DNA of 64,000 nucleotides, from NCBI GenBank assembly GCA_963768655.1, contig CAVYIM010000004.1, forward strand, positions 576,001 through 640,000. The letters run 5' to 3'. The notes under the pieces were generated by a model that saw only the letters and a list, made by a program, of their open reading frames with translations, ran no database searches and had not been told where the DNA came from. Position 1 is the first letter of the stretch. Every line of letters starts with the position of its first letter. Position numbers and translations under genes: made by a program. This document shows, piece after piece, positions 17,668 to 27,031 of the stretch. This DNA comes from an uncultured Chloroflexia bacterium (GTDB taxonomy: Bacteria > Chloroflexota > Limnocylindria > Limnocylindrales > CSP1-4).

Positions 17668-17966
17668 TGCTCGTCCTCACGCGCCGTCCGGGCCAGTCGA
17701 TCCGGATCGGGCCCAACGTGGAGGTGCGCGTCGTCAGGATCGAGGGCGACCGCGTAGTCCTGGGGATCGCGGCGCCGCGCCATGTGGCCGTCGTCCGCGC
17801 CGAGCTGGTCGAGCAGGTATCCGGCGAAGTGCGCGAGGCATCGGATGCCAGGGCCAGGCTGCGCGTCATGCTGGCGCCGCTGGCTGCGGTGGCTGATCCG
17901 GAGCGCAGGCCCGCGGCAGAGCGCACCACCGACGATCCGGAGGACGACGACCCCGGCATCGCCTGA
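17667..17966 (+). CDS. csrA: Carbon storage regulator CsrA
   Basis: MLVLTRRPGQSIRIG, VLGIAAPRHVAVVRAEL. Confidence 0.95.
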   Translation: MLVLTRRPGQSIRIGPNVEVRVVRIEGDRVVLGIAAPRHVAVVRAELVEQVSGEVREASDARARLRVMLAPLAAVADPERRPAAERTTDDPEDDDPGIA

Positions 17967-18110
17967 AGCCCGAATCTGCCGGCGCCGGGCCGGTACCATC
18001 GCGCCTCCACGATCGGATCCCCCCAATGCCGACTATCCGCCGCGTAGCCGGCGCCGGACCATCTCGATCGTGGGAATCCGGCTGTTCGCGCGTCCGTCGC
18101 AGTGTGCGTC

Positions 18111-19313
18111 ATGACCGCCACGCTGCGCGTTCTCGTGATTGGTCCGGGCGCCGCCGGTGCCTCCGACGCTCTCAGGTTCGAAGCCTTCGTCCCCGAATTG
18201 GCCAGGCGCGCGGTCGAGCTGGCGAGCTGGACCCCGGGCGACCCCGCCACCGAAGAGGACCCCTTCGGGGCCCTGGAGGCCGTCGTCAGTTGGTCGGACG
18301 TTGTGGTCCTGAGGCGGCACTACCGGACCTGGCACGCCTGCCCTGGTTGCGGGCTCCGAACGCTGGACACGGGCGAGGCCAGGTCGCATGACCGCATCGC
18401 CGGCCACTCTGTCGTGCTGGCGCCCTACTTCGGCATCCGGCCGTTGATCGGGCTTCTCGAGACGGAGCCCGGCGTCCTGGGCAATCGCGCGATCGTCTAC
18501 GACACAGACGATGACTTCTTTTCGGCCGAACTGCCCGCCGGGGCGGAGGACCTGCTCGAGCGCGACCTGGTCGAGCGGATCCTGCGGCTGGCCGATCTCG
18601 TGACGACGACGACGCCCGTGCTGGCCGAACGTCTGGCTCCTCACACCTCGGCCCCAGTGAGGGTGGTACGCAACGCCGTGGATCCGGGCTGGTACGAGGC
18701 CGGGCGGCCCGACGGACCGGCCGAGGCGCCCGGTGATCCCCGTGTCATCTACCACGGGGCGGCAGTTCGGTTGCGTGACTACGAGGTCGCACGCCCGGCC
18801 GTCGACGCCGTTGCCCGAGCAACTTCCACGCTGCGCCGGGTCTGGCTCGGCGCGGACGCGGCGCAGCTGTCGGGAGTGGTCGATGAAGTCCGGCCCTGGG
18901 TGCGGGGCCTGCCGGCGTTCGGCGCCGCCCTGGTCGCAGCCCGGCCCGACATCGGCCTGGCTCCGCTGCGAGATACCACTTACAACCGAGCCCGCAGCGA
19001 GCTCCACTGGCTGGAGTACGCGCTGGCCGGAGCGGCCACGATCGTCTCCGGTCTGGCCGGGACCGGTCCCTACGACGTCGTTCGTGATGGCGTGGACGGT
19101 CTCGTGGCCCGCTCCGGGACCGATTGGGAGCGTCAGCTGCGCTCACTCGCAAACTCGCCGGGCCTCCGGTCGGAAATGGCCGCCCGGGCCCGGGAGCGCG
19201 TTCTGGCCGAGTACACCGTGGCCGCCCGGGCGCCGGAGTGGGCCGATGCCTACCGCTGGGCAGCTGAGCATGCCGGGTTGGGGCGGGCGCGCACCGCCGC
19301 CAGCGCCGGCTAG
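18111..19313 (+). CDS. GT-B (GT4-like) glycosyltransferase with a C2H2 insert, candidate flagellin GT
   Basis: IVYDTDDD, VTTTTPVLA, DIGLAPL, RSELHWLEY. Directly upstream of fliC. Confidence 0.85.
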   Translation: MTATLRVLVIGPGAAGASDALRFEAFVPELARRAVELASWTPGDPATEEDPFGALEAVVSWSDVVVLRRHYRTWHACPGCGLRTLDTGEARSHDRIAGHSVVLAPYFGIRPLIGLLETEPGVLGNRAIVYDTDDDFFSAELPAGAEDLLERDLVERILRLADLVTTTTPVLAERLAPHTSAPVRVVRNAVDPGWYEAGRPDGPAEAPGDPRVIYHGAAVRLRDYEVARPAVDAVARATSTLRRVWLGADAAQLSGVVDEVRPWVRGLPAFGAALVAARPDIGLAPLRDTTYNRARSELHWLEYALAGAATIVSGLAGTGPYDVVRDGVDGLVARSGTDWERQLRSLANSPGLRSEMAARARERVLAEYTVAARAPEWADAYRWAAEHAGLGRARTAASAG

Positions 19314-19335
19314 ACCCACGAAGCTTCTTCCGTCC

Positions 19336-19362
19336 TCAAGTGGAGGCCCCCAAAGCCGACTT
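19336..19362 (+). promoter_or_regulatory. Sigma28-like promoter of fliC
   Basis: TCAA-N15-GCCGACTT. Confidence 0.8.
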
Positions 19363-19388
19363 CTCCCGCGGTGGGCAGATGCCCTCCG

Positions 19389-19427
19389 GCGGCATGGATG
19401 CCGCACTGAACCAAGGCTAGGAGGCCT
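19389..19427 (+). promoter_or_regulatory. Two CsrA-type GGA hairpins in the fliC leader; the second covers the SD
   Basis: gcggca-TGGA-tgccgc and aggc-tAGGAg-gcct. Confidence 0.8.
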
Positions 19428-19433
19428 ATTCCA

Positions 19434-20630
19434 ATGAGTATGGTCATCAACACGAACGTTGACGCACTCGATGCATTGCGCAACCTGGGCGTCACGTCGC
19501 AGGCCTTCTCGAGCAGCGTTCAGAAGCTGTCGAGCGGTCTCCGCATCAACACGGCTGCAGACGATGCCGCCGGCCTCGCCATCAGCAACAAGCTCGAGGC
19601 GCAGGTCACCGGCCTCAACCAGGCCCAGCGAAACGCCCAGGACGGCGTGTCGATGGTTCAGACCGCAGAAGGCGGCTTGAACGAGATCCAGTCGATGCTG
19701 CAGCGCATCCGCGAGCTCGGGGTCGAGGCGGCCAACGCCACGATCGGCTCGAGCGACGCCGCGAGCATCAACACCGAAGTAGTCGCCCTCCAGGCCGAAA
19801 TCACCCGGATCGCAGGCGCGACCACGTTCAACGGCCAGAACCTCCTCACCGGCGCCATGAGCGTCACGCAGGCGGCGGCCAGCACGGCCAAGGCCGGCGT
19901 TGCCCTGGCCGACGTTCCCGCCACCATCTCCAACGTGGACGTCTCCGGCGCACAGGCTGGCGCCACCTACACGCTCTCGAGCGCCGGCGGCGCCGGGACC
20001 CTGACCATGACCCTGGGCAGCGTCAGCCAGCAGGTCACCCTCGCGGCCATGCCCGTCGGTGGCACCCAGACCATCACGTTCGGCCAGCTGGGAGTCAGCA
20101 TCACCGTCGCCGGCGCGGCCGGCGGCACGGCGGCCAACCTCTCCAAGGACCTCGCCGGGCTCAACGTCCAGACCACGGCCGGCAACACTACGGCCACGTT
20201 CCAGATCGGCGCCAACTCCGGAGACACACTGGCCGTCACGTTCGGTAACGCTCAGACATCCGCCTACGACGGCGGTGCCTTTGACGCCGCGATCGGCGCC
20301 TTCACCACCGCCACCACAAGCGCGGCCAACTGGACAGCCAACCAGGGAACCGCCACGTCCACCCTCATCAGCGAGACGGACAAGGCGATCACCTACATCA
20401 ACAACCTCGACTCCAGCTTCGGCGCCGTCGAGAACCGCCTCAACCACACGATCGCCGCGGTCGGCGTGGCCTCCGAGAACCTCAACGCGTCCGAGTCCCG
20501 CATCCGCGACCTCGACGTGGCGTCGGAGATGGTCAACTTCACCAAGGAACAGATCCTGCAGCAGGCCGGCACGGCGATCCTCGCCCAGGCCAACTCTGCT
20601 CCGCAGAACGTCCTCACCCTGCTCCGCTAG
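19434..20630 (+). CDS. fliC: Flagellin
   Basis: KLSSGLRINTAADDAAGLAI, GAVENRL, SRIRDLDVASEM, QANSAPQNVLTLLR. Confidence 0.98.
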   Translation: MSMVINTNVDALDALRNLGVTSQAFSSSVQKLSSGLRINTAADDAAGLAISNKLEAQVTGLNQAQRNAQDGVSMVQTAEGGLNEIQSMLQRIRELGVEAANATIGSSDAASINTEVVALQAEITRIAGATTFNGQNLLTGAMSVTQAAASTAKAGVALADVPATISNVDVSGAQAGATYTLSSAGGAGTLTMTLGSVSQQVTLAAMPVGGTQTITFGQLGVSITVAGAAGGTAANLSKDLAGLNVQTTAGNTTATFQIGANSGDTLAVTFGNAQTSAYDGGAFDAAIGAFTTATTSAANWTANQGTATSTLISETDKAITYINNLDSSFGAVENRLNHTIAAVGVASENLNASESRIRDLDVASEMVNFTKEQILQQAGTAILAQANSAPQNVLTLLR

Positions 20631-20678
20631 TTCGGTTCCCTGGCCCGACGCCGGTTGGGCCACCGACTGAGAGTCAAC

Positions 20679-20713
20679 AAGGGGCCGGCGGGTTTCCGCC
20701 GGCCCCTTCTGTT
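20679..20713 (+). terminator. Intrinsic terminator after fliC
   Basis: aaggggccggcgg-gttt-ccgccggcccctt followed by ctgtt. Confidence 0.8.
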
Positions 20714-20736
20714 CGGCCTTCGGCCCCAAGGTGAGA

Positions 20737-21072
20737 ATGGACGCCACCCACCAGGTCGCCACTATCAGTGCCCTCGAAGCCGCAACTGATGCCCTGATGG
20801 TCGCATTGGGCCGGCGACCGGATCCCGACCTGGAAGCCGCAACCGCCGCCCTGAAGGCCCGCGAGGCGGCTCTTCAATTCCTCGTCCGGACGGACCCTAA
20901 GACGCGCCCGCCGGACCTCAACGCCAGACTCCGCCGGATTCTCGACCGCGATCGAGAGGCTGCCGATCAGCTCCGAACCGAGATGGCTTCACTCCGCGAG
21001 AGGCTCGCCAACACGCGGCGGATGATGAACACCACCCGCGACTCGAGCCGGGCTACGGCTCGGGTCAGATGA
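20737..21072 (+). CDS. FliT-like helical protein
   Basis: LKAREAAL..RLRRILDRDRE helical pattern. Adjacent to fliD. Confidence 0.55.
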   Translation: MDATHQVATISALEAATDALMVALGRRPDPDLEAATAALKAREAALQFLVRTDPKTRPPDLNARLRRILDRDREAADQLRTEMASLRERLANTRRMMNTTRDSSRATARVR

Positions 21073-21130
21073 ACGGCCAATGCCCGCAAGTTCGGGGGAA
21101 AACCCGGCTGGTGGACTGCCGCTCGCCGGC

Positions 21131-21157
21131 TCAAGCTTGCGAGACTTGAGCCGATAC
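21131..21157 (+). promoter_or_regulatory. Sigma28-like promoter of fliD
   Basis: TCAA-N15-GCCGATAC. Confidence 0.85.
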
Positions 21158-21212
21158 CCCGAACGGCTGCTCCGGCGGACGGGGCTGGCCATGGCGCTTC
21201 CGGGAGACCAGG

Positions 21213-23459
21213 ATGTCAACGATCCAGTTCGGCGGCGTAATCTCAGGACTCAACACGCAGAGCATCATCGACGCTCTCGTCGCAGCCGAGAAACAGCCGC
21301 TGACCGACCTTCAGACTAAGGAAGCCAGCCTCACCTCCGAGAAGACGGCATACGGGCAGCTCGGCTCGGCCATCGACAGCGTCGTAACTCAGCTCAAGAA
21401 CTTTACCGTCACGAGCGCAGGCTCGAGCCGCGCGGCTACGTCGAGCGATAGCTCGGTCTTGACGGCTTCGGCGGGCCCGAGCGCCACCGTCGCCTCATAC
21501 CAGATCTCCGTCGGGAACCTGGCGACGGCGACACGGGCGACTTCGACCGGCGCACTCGGCACCGCCGTGACCGGAAACGTCGACACGTCGCAGACGCTGG
21601 CCAACGCCAACCTGGCGACTCCCGTCACTGCCGGCACTATGACCCTGACGGTGGATGGAACCGCCGTCCAGGTCACGGTCGGGGATCCCACGACCACGAC
21701 CCTGCAATCCGTGATGGACGATCTGTCGAGCGCGCTTCAGACGCAGCTCCAGACCACCGACAGCGGCAGCACGGTCAGCGCCTCCATCGTCAACGGCCAG
21801 CTGCAGCTCGCGATCAGCGGCAACTCGGCGGCGCACACGATCGCCTTCGGCGATCCTTCCGACACCAGCAACCTGGCGACCGCGTTCGGCCTGGGCACAC
21901 AGGGCGTGACCAACGTCCAGAACGCGACCGTCGACGGCACGGCCTATCTGGATCCAACGCTGCAATCGTTGAACCTACCCGGCAGCGTCACGGCCGGGCA
22001 GATCAGCGCCATCGTCGACGGAGTCATCGTCCACTACACGGTCGGCGACCCCACCAAGACGACGCTGGATCAGGTCATGGCGGGCTTCGGCCAGGCGATC
22101 CAGAATCAGTTGCAGGCCGGCGGTGCAAACGTCTCCGCCGACCCGTCGGCCACGGCGACGTTCTCCGTGGCGGGCAACAAACTCCAGTTGAGCATCGCCG
22201 GTGGCGCCGTCGCGCATTCGCTGTCGTTCAGCGCGTCGGGTGACTCGAGCAATGCCCTGGGAATGCTCGGGATCGCCAACTCGAGCGCGACGAACGCCAC
22301 TAATCCGACGATTACGGCTGCCACAAATCTTGGCGTCGCCCGCATGGTCAGCACGATCGACACGTCCGACATTTCAGGGGTGACCTCGACCACCACCGGC
22401 GTGCTGACGATCAACGGTGTGGCCATCTCGTACGACACGACGAAGGACTCGCTGTCGGACGTCATCACCAGGATCAACAACGCGGGCGCGGGAGTCGTCG
22501 CCTCGGTCGACCGAACCAACGACGAGATCGAGCTGACGGCGCAGAGCACGGGCGCGTCCGCCATCGACATAGTCGACACGAGCGGCAATCTGGGGGCGGC
22601 GCTCAAGCTGGCTCCCGGAACGACCAACGCGCAGGTCGTCGGCCAGAACGCGCAGCTCACCGTGGATGGCCGGTCGATCATCAGCGCCAGCAACACGGTC
22701 ACCAACGCCATCGACAGCGTGTCCTTGAACCTCGTCGGCCAGTCGCCGCCCGGTGAGACCGAGACTCTCAGCGTGGGTGTCGACACAAGTGCCGTGCAGA
22801 CTGCCCTGAGCTCCTTCATATCGGCCTTCAACAGCCTGGGTGACACGCTCGACAACCTGACGGCGAACACGCCCGGGACGGTCGGAGGCACGGCCGGAAC
22901 CGCCGGTCCGCTGGCGGACGACCCCACGGCACTGACGATGTTCCTGAGCCTGCGCAATACGGTCATGCAGGCCGTCGGCGGTGGCACCACCAACTCCCTG
23001 AGCGCGCTCGGCGTCAGCACCGGCGCCGTCGGCTCTGCAGTTGGGACGACGAATCGGCTGCAGCTGGATACGAACAAGCTGGCTGCTGCGTTGACCAACG
23101 ACCCGAACGGGGCGTCCAGCCTGCTCGACAGCGCCACGGGTCCACTGGGTCAGCTGCTGGCCCAGCTCCAGGGCTATGAGGATCCGTCGAACACGCAGGC
23201 CTACATCCAGTCGAGCACATCGAGCCTCACGGACCAGATCACCTCCATTCAGGGCCGCGAAGCCACCGAGCAGGAGATGATCAACAACTACACGTCGATG
23301 ATCGAGGCGCAGTTCACGGCCATGGAGACGACTCTGGCCACGCTGCAGTCCCAGTCGGCTCAGATCGCCGCCGAGCTCGGCGAATCGACATCATCCAGCT
23401 CGTCGAGTTCGTCGAGTTCGACCAGCGGCCTGAGCGACGCGTCCACCTCCAGCAGCTAA
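21213..23459 (+). CDS. fliD: Filament cap FliD, large and internally duplicated
   Basis: FGGVISGLNTQSIIDALVAAE, SNTVTNAIDSVSLNL, QFTAMETTLATLQSQ. Confidence 0.95.
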   Translation: MSTIQFGGVISGLNTQSIIDALVAAEKQPLTDLQTKEASLTSEKTAYGQLGSAIDSVVTQLKNFTVTSAGSSRAATSSDSSVLTASAGPSATVASYQISVGNLATATRATSTGALGTAVTGNVDTSQTLANANLATPVTAGTMTLTVDGTAVQVTVGDPTTTTLQSVMDDLSSALQTQLQTTDSGSTVSASIVNGQLQLAISGNSAAHTIAFGDPSDTSNLATAFGLGTQGVTNVQNATVDGTAYLDPTLQSLNLPGSVTAGQISAIVDGVIVHYTVGDPTKTTLDQVMAGFGQAIQNQLQAGGANVSADPSATATFSVAGNKLQLSIAGGAVAHSLSFSASGDSSNALGMLGIANSSATNATNPTITAATNLGVARMVSTIDTSDISGVTSTTTGVLTINGVAISYDTTKDSLSDVITRINNAGAGVVASVDRTNDEIELTAQSTGASAIDIVDTSGNLGAALKLAPGTTNAQVVGQNAQLTVDGRSIISASNTVTNAIDSVSLNLVGQSPPGETETLSVGVDTSAVQTALSSFISAFNSLGDTLDNLTANTPGTVGGTAGTAGPLADDPTALTMFLSLRNTVMQAVGGGTTNSLSALGVSTGAVGSAVGTTNRLQLDTNKLAAALTNDPNGASSLLDSATGPLGQLLAQLQGYEDPSNTQAYIQSSTSSLTDQITSIQGREATEQEMINNYTSMIEAQFTAMETTLATLQSQSAQIAAELGESTSSSSSSSSSSTSGLSDASTSSS

Positions 23460-23608
23460 CGAGGGCCCAGCTCGGGGTTCTCCCTTCCGCTCAACTCGCC
23501 GTGCGGGCGTGCGCCCGGAGACAGCCGCGCTGTCGGGGTGTGCCGCTCTCGGTCCCGGGCTCAGCCCCATCGTCGCCGGCCCAGGTGGTGCCGGGGGGCC
23601 ACGTTCGG

Positions 23609-23636
23609 TCAAGACGGCCCCCTCCGGAGCCGATAC
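23609..23636 (+). promoter_or_regulatory. Sigma28-like promoter of fliS
   Basis: TCAA-N16-GCCGATAC. Confidence 0.8.
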
Positions 23637-23695
23637 CTAACGTGGAACGGCCGCACGGCCAGCCCCCACCAGCGAAGTCACGAGGCTCCCGCTCC

Positions 23696-24169
23696 ATGCT
23701 CGATCCGACCGCTGCCTACCGAACGTCCCAGGTTGCCAGTGCCACTCGCGCCGGCCAGATCGTCCTGCTCTACCAGGGGGCGATCCGCTTCGCGACGCAG
23801 CACCTGGCATTCGTGGAACGCCGCGAGATCGAGAAGGCCCACAGGGCGTCCATCCGCTCACAGGAGATCGTGGCGGCCCTGCGCGGATCGCTGGACCTCT
23901 CGGCGGGCCCGATCGCCATTCAGCTCGATCAGCTCTACGACTTTGTGATGCGCCGGCTGGTGGCCGGCAACCTGGCCAAGGATCCCCGGCCGACGGAAGA
24001 GGCGATCAAGGTTCTGCGAGGTCTGCTCGATGCGTGGCAGGAGATCGCGGCACGCCCGGCGTCGGACGTCGCTGCTGCCCCGTCCGAACCGACTCCGTTT
24101 CGCGCGTCCACCGTGAGGCCCGTCCCGGTGTCTGCCGGCGAGTATGCCGCAGGGGGCGCACGGCGATGA
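23696..24169 (+). CDS. fliS: Flagellin chaperone FliS
   Basis: AYRTSQVASA, LLYQGAI, LDQLYDF, LLDAW. Confidence 0.93.
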   Translation: MLDPTAAYRTSQVASATRAGQIVLLYQGAIRFATQHLAFVERREIEKAHRASIRSQEIVAALRGSLDLSAGPIAIQLDQLYDFVMRRLVAGNLAKDPRPTEEAIKVLRGLLDAWQEIAARPASDVAAAPSEPTPFRASTVRPVPVSAGEYAAGGARR

Positions 24170-24411
24170 TGCCGGCCCCGCACGGAAGTACGATCGAGCG
24201 CGAGGTCGCGGCCGAGACGCTCGCCGCTGCCCTGAGCCCGCTCTCCGCGCGGGCCATACAGCATCGCCTGGAGCGCATCCTCCTCGACGATCGCGAGCTG
24301 CTGATTTCTCTGCAGTGCCAGCTCGAGCAGATTCGTCGCGAGCTGCGCCTCCTCAACGACGACCGGATAGTCCACGCCCTCGACGGCGGGGATCGCCCGC
24401 TGCGCCACTGA
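24166..24411 (+). CDS. Small FliT-like coiled-coil protein
   Basis: ATGA overlap with fliS. RLERILLDDRE resembles the 20737 protein. Confidence 0.55.
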   Translation: MMPAPHGSTIEREVAAETLAAALSPLSARAIQHRLERILLDDRELLISLQCQLEQIRRELRLLNDDRIVHALDGGDRPLRH

Positions 24412-24540
24412 CCGGACGATTGCGGGCTCGCCGCGGCGGCTCTCCTGCGGCGGTGCAGCCTGGGACCTCCAACCCTCCCCTTTCCGGCACCACCTATGAC
24501 CCCTTATCTGTGGCTCACCGTGCCGGGATCATAGGGGCCG

Positions 24541-26595
24541 ATGGGCGAACCACTGCGCGTCCTGGTGTATGGCTCGATCGACGCTGGAGTGTGCGACTCC
24601 GTACGCCTGGGCGTCTACCGTGACCTGCTTGCCGTGCACGGCGTCGAGCTGCGAACCTGGGGCGAGTTCAACGACTATCGGGTTCAAGTCCCGCCTGCCT
24701 ACGCCGGCCGCCTCGACGATGCGATTCGCGACGGAGTAGCCGAAATCGATCTCTCGCCGATTGAGTGGGCCGACGTCCTGGTCTTTCGGCGCTACTACTC
24801 CACCGTCTATGCCTGCGACGAGTGCGATTGCACCGCTCCGGATGCCGCCACGCTTGCCGGCCACTGCAAGATGACCGGTCATGCGCCCGTCGCCCGGGAT
24901 CGAATCGTCCGCGACCTGCTGGCGGCCATCGAACGGGATCGATCCATCTTGCGAGGACGGGCGTTGGTCTACGAGCTGGACGACGACTTGCTTTCCACGC
25001 CGCCGTGGACGGGCTTCTATCACCGCATCCGGGGCGATCTCGACCTGATCGAGCGCTTCGCCCGCCAGGCCGACCTGGTGACGGTGACGACACCCACGCT
25101 GGCGAGCAGCCTCCGCCGCTGCAATGCCGCCGTAAGAGTGGTCCGGAATGCCGTCAACACGGAGTGGTACGGGCAACAGGCTCCGGATTCCGGGCCTCGG
25201 CCCCTGTCGTTCCTCTACTACGGCGTGCCCGTCCGCCTGCACGACTACGCGATCTGCCGCGATGCCGTGGACGAGACCGCTCGAGCGACCGGCGGGCGTC
25301 GGATCTGGCTCGGCAGCGACGATCCCGGCGTGCGCGCGGTCGTGGACGAGGCACTGCCGTACGTCCAGGAGATCCGCGACTTTGCGCGGCAGCTCGTCGC
25401 GGCACGGCCGGCGATAGGGCTGGCGCCGGTGGGCCAGGACGATTTCAGCCGCAGCCATTCGGAACTCCACTGGCTCGAGTACTCGCTTGCCGGGGCGGCG
25501 ACCGCCGCATCTCGGACCATGGGCGGCGGCCCTTACGATGTCATTCGCGACGGCGTGGATGGGCTGCTCGCCCGCAACAAGGCCGAGTGGCGCGAGAAGC
25601 TGCGCCGGTTGGCCGGCTCGGCACAGTTGCGAGAGGATCTCGCGGGCCGTGCGAGGGAGCGCGTCCTTGCCGAGTACGACGTTCGCGACCGAGCGGCCGA
25701 GTGGGCTGACGCATTCCGTTGGGCGGCCGACCACGCCGGCCGCGGCGCCCTGCGCAACTTGACCCATGGTCTGGCTCGGACCGAGGTTCGCGAGCGTGAG
25801 CTCGCCCTGGAATCCGAGGCGCGGGCGAATCTGGCTCACCGCCGGATGACCAGGGCTCGGGCCGTCGAAGAGCGCGAGACACTCGTCCGGTTGCGGGGCG
25901 ATCGTGACGTCTGCTGGCCCGACGGGGCCGACGACAACCCACTTGTGAGCGTCGTGATCCCAACGTACAGCCGTGGCCGGATCCTGGTCGAGCGGTCGCT
26001 CGCCTCCGTCCTCAGCCAGACCTACGGGAACATCGAGGTCGTCGTGGTCGGCGACCACGCCACCGAGGAAACCCTCGAGGCCATTCGAACAGTGGACGAC
26101 CCCAGGGTTCGGTTCGAGGACCTCCCGGAGAGGAGCCCGTACCCGAGCGACCCGGAGGCGGCCTGGATGTGCGTGGGCTCGCGGCCGTACAACCACGGCG
26201 TCGAACTGGCTCGCGGCTCGTGGATCGCCCCGCAGGCCGACGATGACGAGTTCACGCCCGACCACATAGAGACGCTGCTCTCTGTGGCGCTCGAGCACCG
26301 CCTGGAGTTCGTCTACGGCGACTCCTGGATGGAGCTGCCTGAGGGCCCGTGGATCAGGCTCGGTATGTGGCCACCTCGCCAGGCGGGGTTCTGCGCCGGT
26401 GCCGCTCTCTACTCGTCAGGCCTGAGCTTCATCGGCGAAGACGAGGAGTGCTGGCGTGAGGGGATGCCCAACGACTGGGACATGTGGAACCGGATGATGC
26501 AGGCCGGGGTCCGGGCCGGCCACGTCGAACACATCGTCTTCCGGCACTACGCGGAGGCCCGCCACCGGTGCCGGACGACGGCCGGCGCTGCATAA
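24541..26595 (+). CDS. Two-domain glycosyltransferase: GT4-like domain with C2H2 insert plus a C-terminal GT2 domain
   Basis: N-half paralogous to the 18111 gene. C-half has PLVSVVIPTY, SVLSQTY and the DDD motif. Confidence 0.88.
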   Translation: MGEPLRVLVYGSIDAGVCDSVRLGVYRDLLAVHGVELRTWGEFNDYRVQVPPAYAGRLDDAIRDGVAEIDLSPIEWADVLVFRRYYSTVYACDECDCTAPDAATLAGHCKMTGHAPVARDRIVRDLLAAIERDRSILRGRALVYELDDDLLSTPPWTGFYHRIRGDLDLIERFARQADLVTVTTPTLASSLRRCNAAVRVVRNAVNTEWYGQQAPDSGPRPLSFLYYGVPVRLHDYAICRDAVDETARATGGRRIWLGSDDPGVRAVVDEALPYVQEIRDFARQLVAARPAIGLAPVGQDDFSRSHSELHWLEYSLAGAATAASRTMGGGPYDVIRDGVDGLLARNKAEWREKLRRLAGSAQLREDLAGRARERVLAEYDVRDRAAEWADAFRWAADHAGRGALRNLTHGLARTEVRERELALESEARANLAHRRMTRARAVEERETLVRLRGDRDVCWPDGADDNPLVSVVIPTYSRGRILVERSLASVLSQTYGNIEVVVVGDHATEETLEAIRTVDDPRVRFEDLPERSPYPSDPEAAWMCVGSRPYNHGVELARGSWIAPQADDDEFTPDHIETLLSVALEHRLEFVYGDSWMELPEGPWIRLGMWPPRQAGFCAGAALYSSGLSFIGEDEECWREGMPNDWDMWNRMMQAGVRAGHVEHIVFRHYAEARHRCRTTAGAA

Positions 26596-26605
26596 GGGGA
26601 TCTCG

Positions 26606-27031
26606 ATGGGAATCGAAGCTGCTCGAATCATGGAGTTTCGCCGGATCGCCGATCCGAAAGGAAACCTGACGCCGATCGAAGGGACGACCGACGTTCCCTT
26701 CGAGATCAGGCGGGTCTTCTATCTGTACGACGTACCCGGCGGCGAGGTCCGGGGCGGGCACGCTCACCGCAAGACTGAGCAGGTGATCATCGCCGCCTCC
26801 GGTAGCTTCGATGTCGTGCTCGACGATGGGGTCAAGCGCGCCCGGTTCATGCTCAACCGTTCGTACTACGGGCTGTTCGTGCCGAGGATGGTCTGGCGCG
26901 AGCTCGAAAACTTCTCCTCGGGGTCCGTCTGTCTCGTACTCACCTCCGATCACTACGATGAGCTGGATTACATCCGCGATCTGCATGAATTCCGTGACGC
27001 AATCCGAGCGTCAGGTGACGGTCGTGGCTAG
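26606..27031 (+). CDS. fdtA: dTDP-4-keto-6-deoxyhexose 3,4-ketoisomerase (FdtA/QdtA cupin)
   Basis: [29 protein letters not shown]. Confidence 0.9.
   Translation: MGIEAARIMEFRRIADPKGNLTPIEGTTDVPFEIRRVFYLYDVPGGEVRGGHAHRKTEQVIIAASGSFDVVLDDGVKRARFMLNRSYYGLFVPRMVWRELENFSSGSVCLVLTSDHYDELDYIRDLHEFRDAIRASGDGRG

Noticed and set aside
18007-18035. Sigma28 promoter for the first glycosyltransferase (GCCGACTA at 18028)
   Set aside because: The -35 position does not match, and GCCGA is frequent in high-GC DNA.
19143-20762. Long antisense ORFs (also 1634-3052, 24529-26298, 28763-30250, 50039-51661 and many others)
   Set aside because: Shadow frames of high-GC genes. They have no recognisable motifs and largely overlap well-supported genes.
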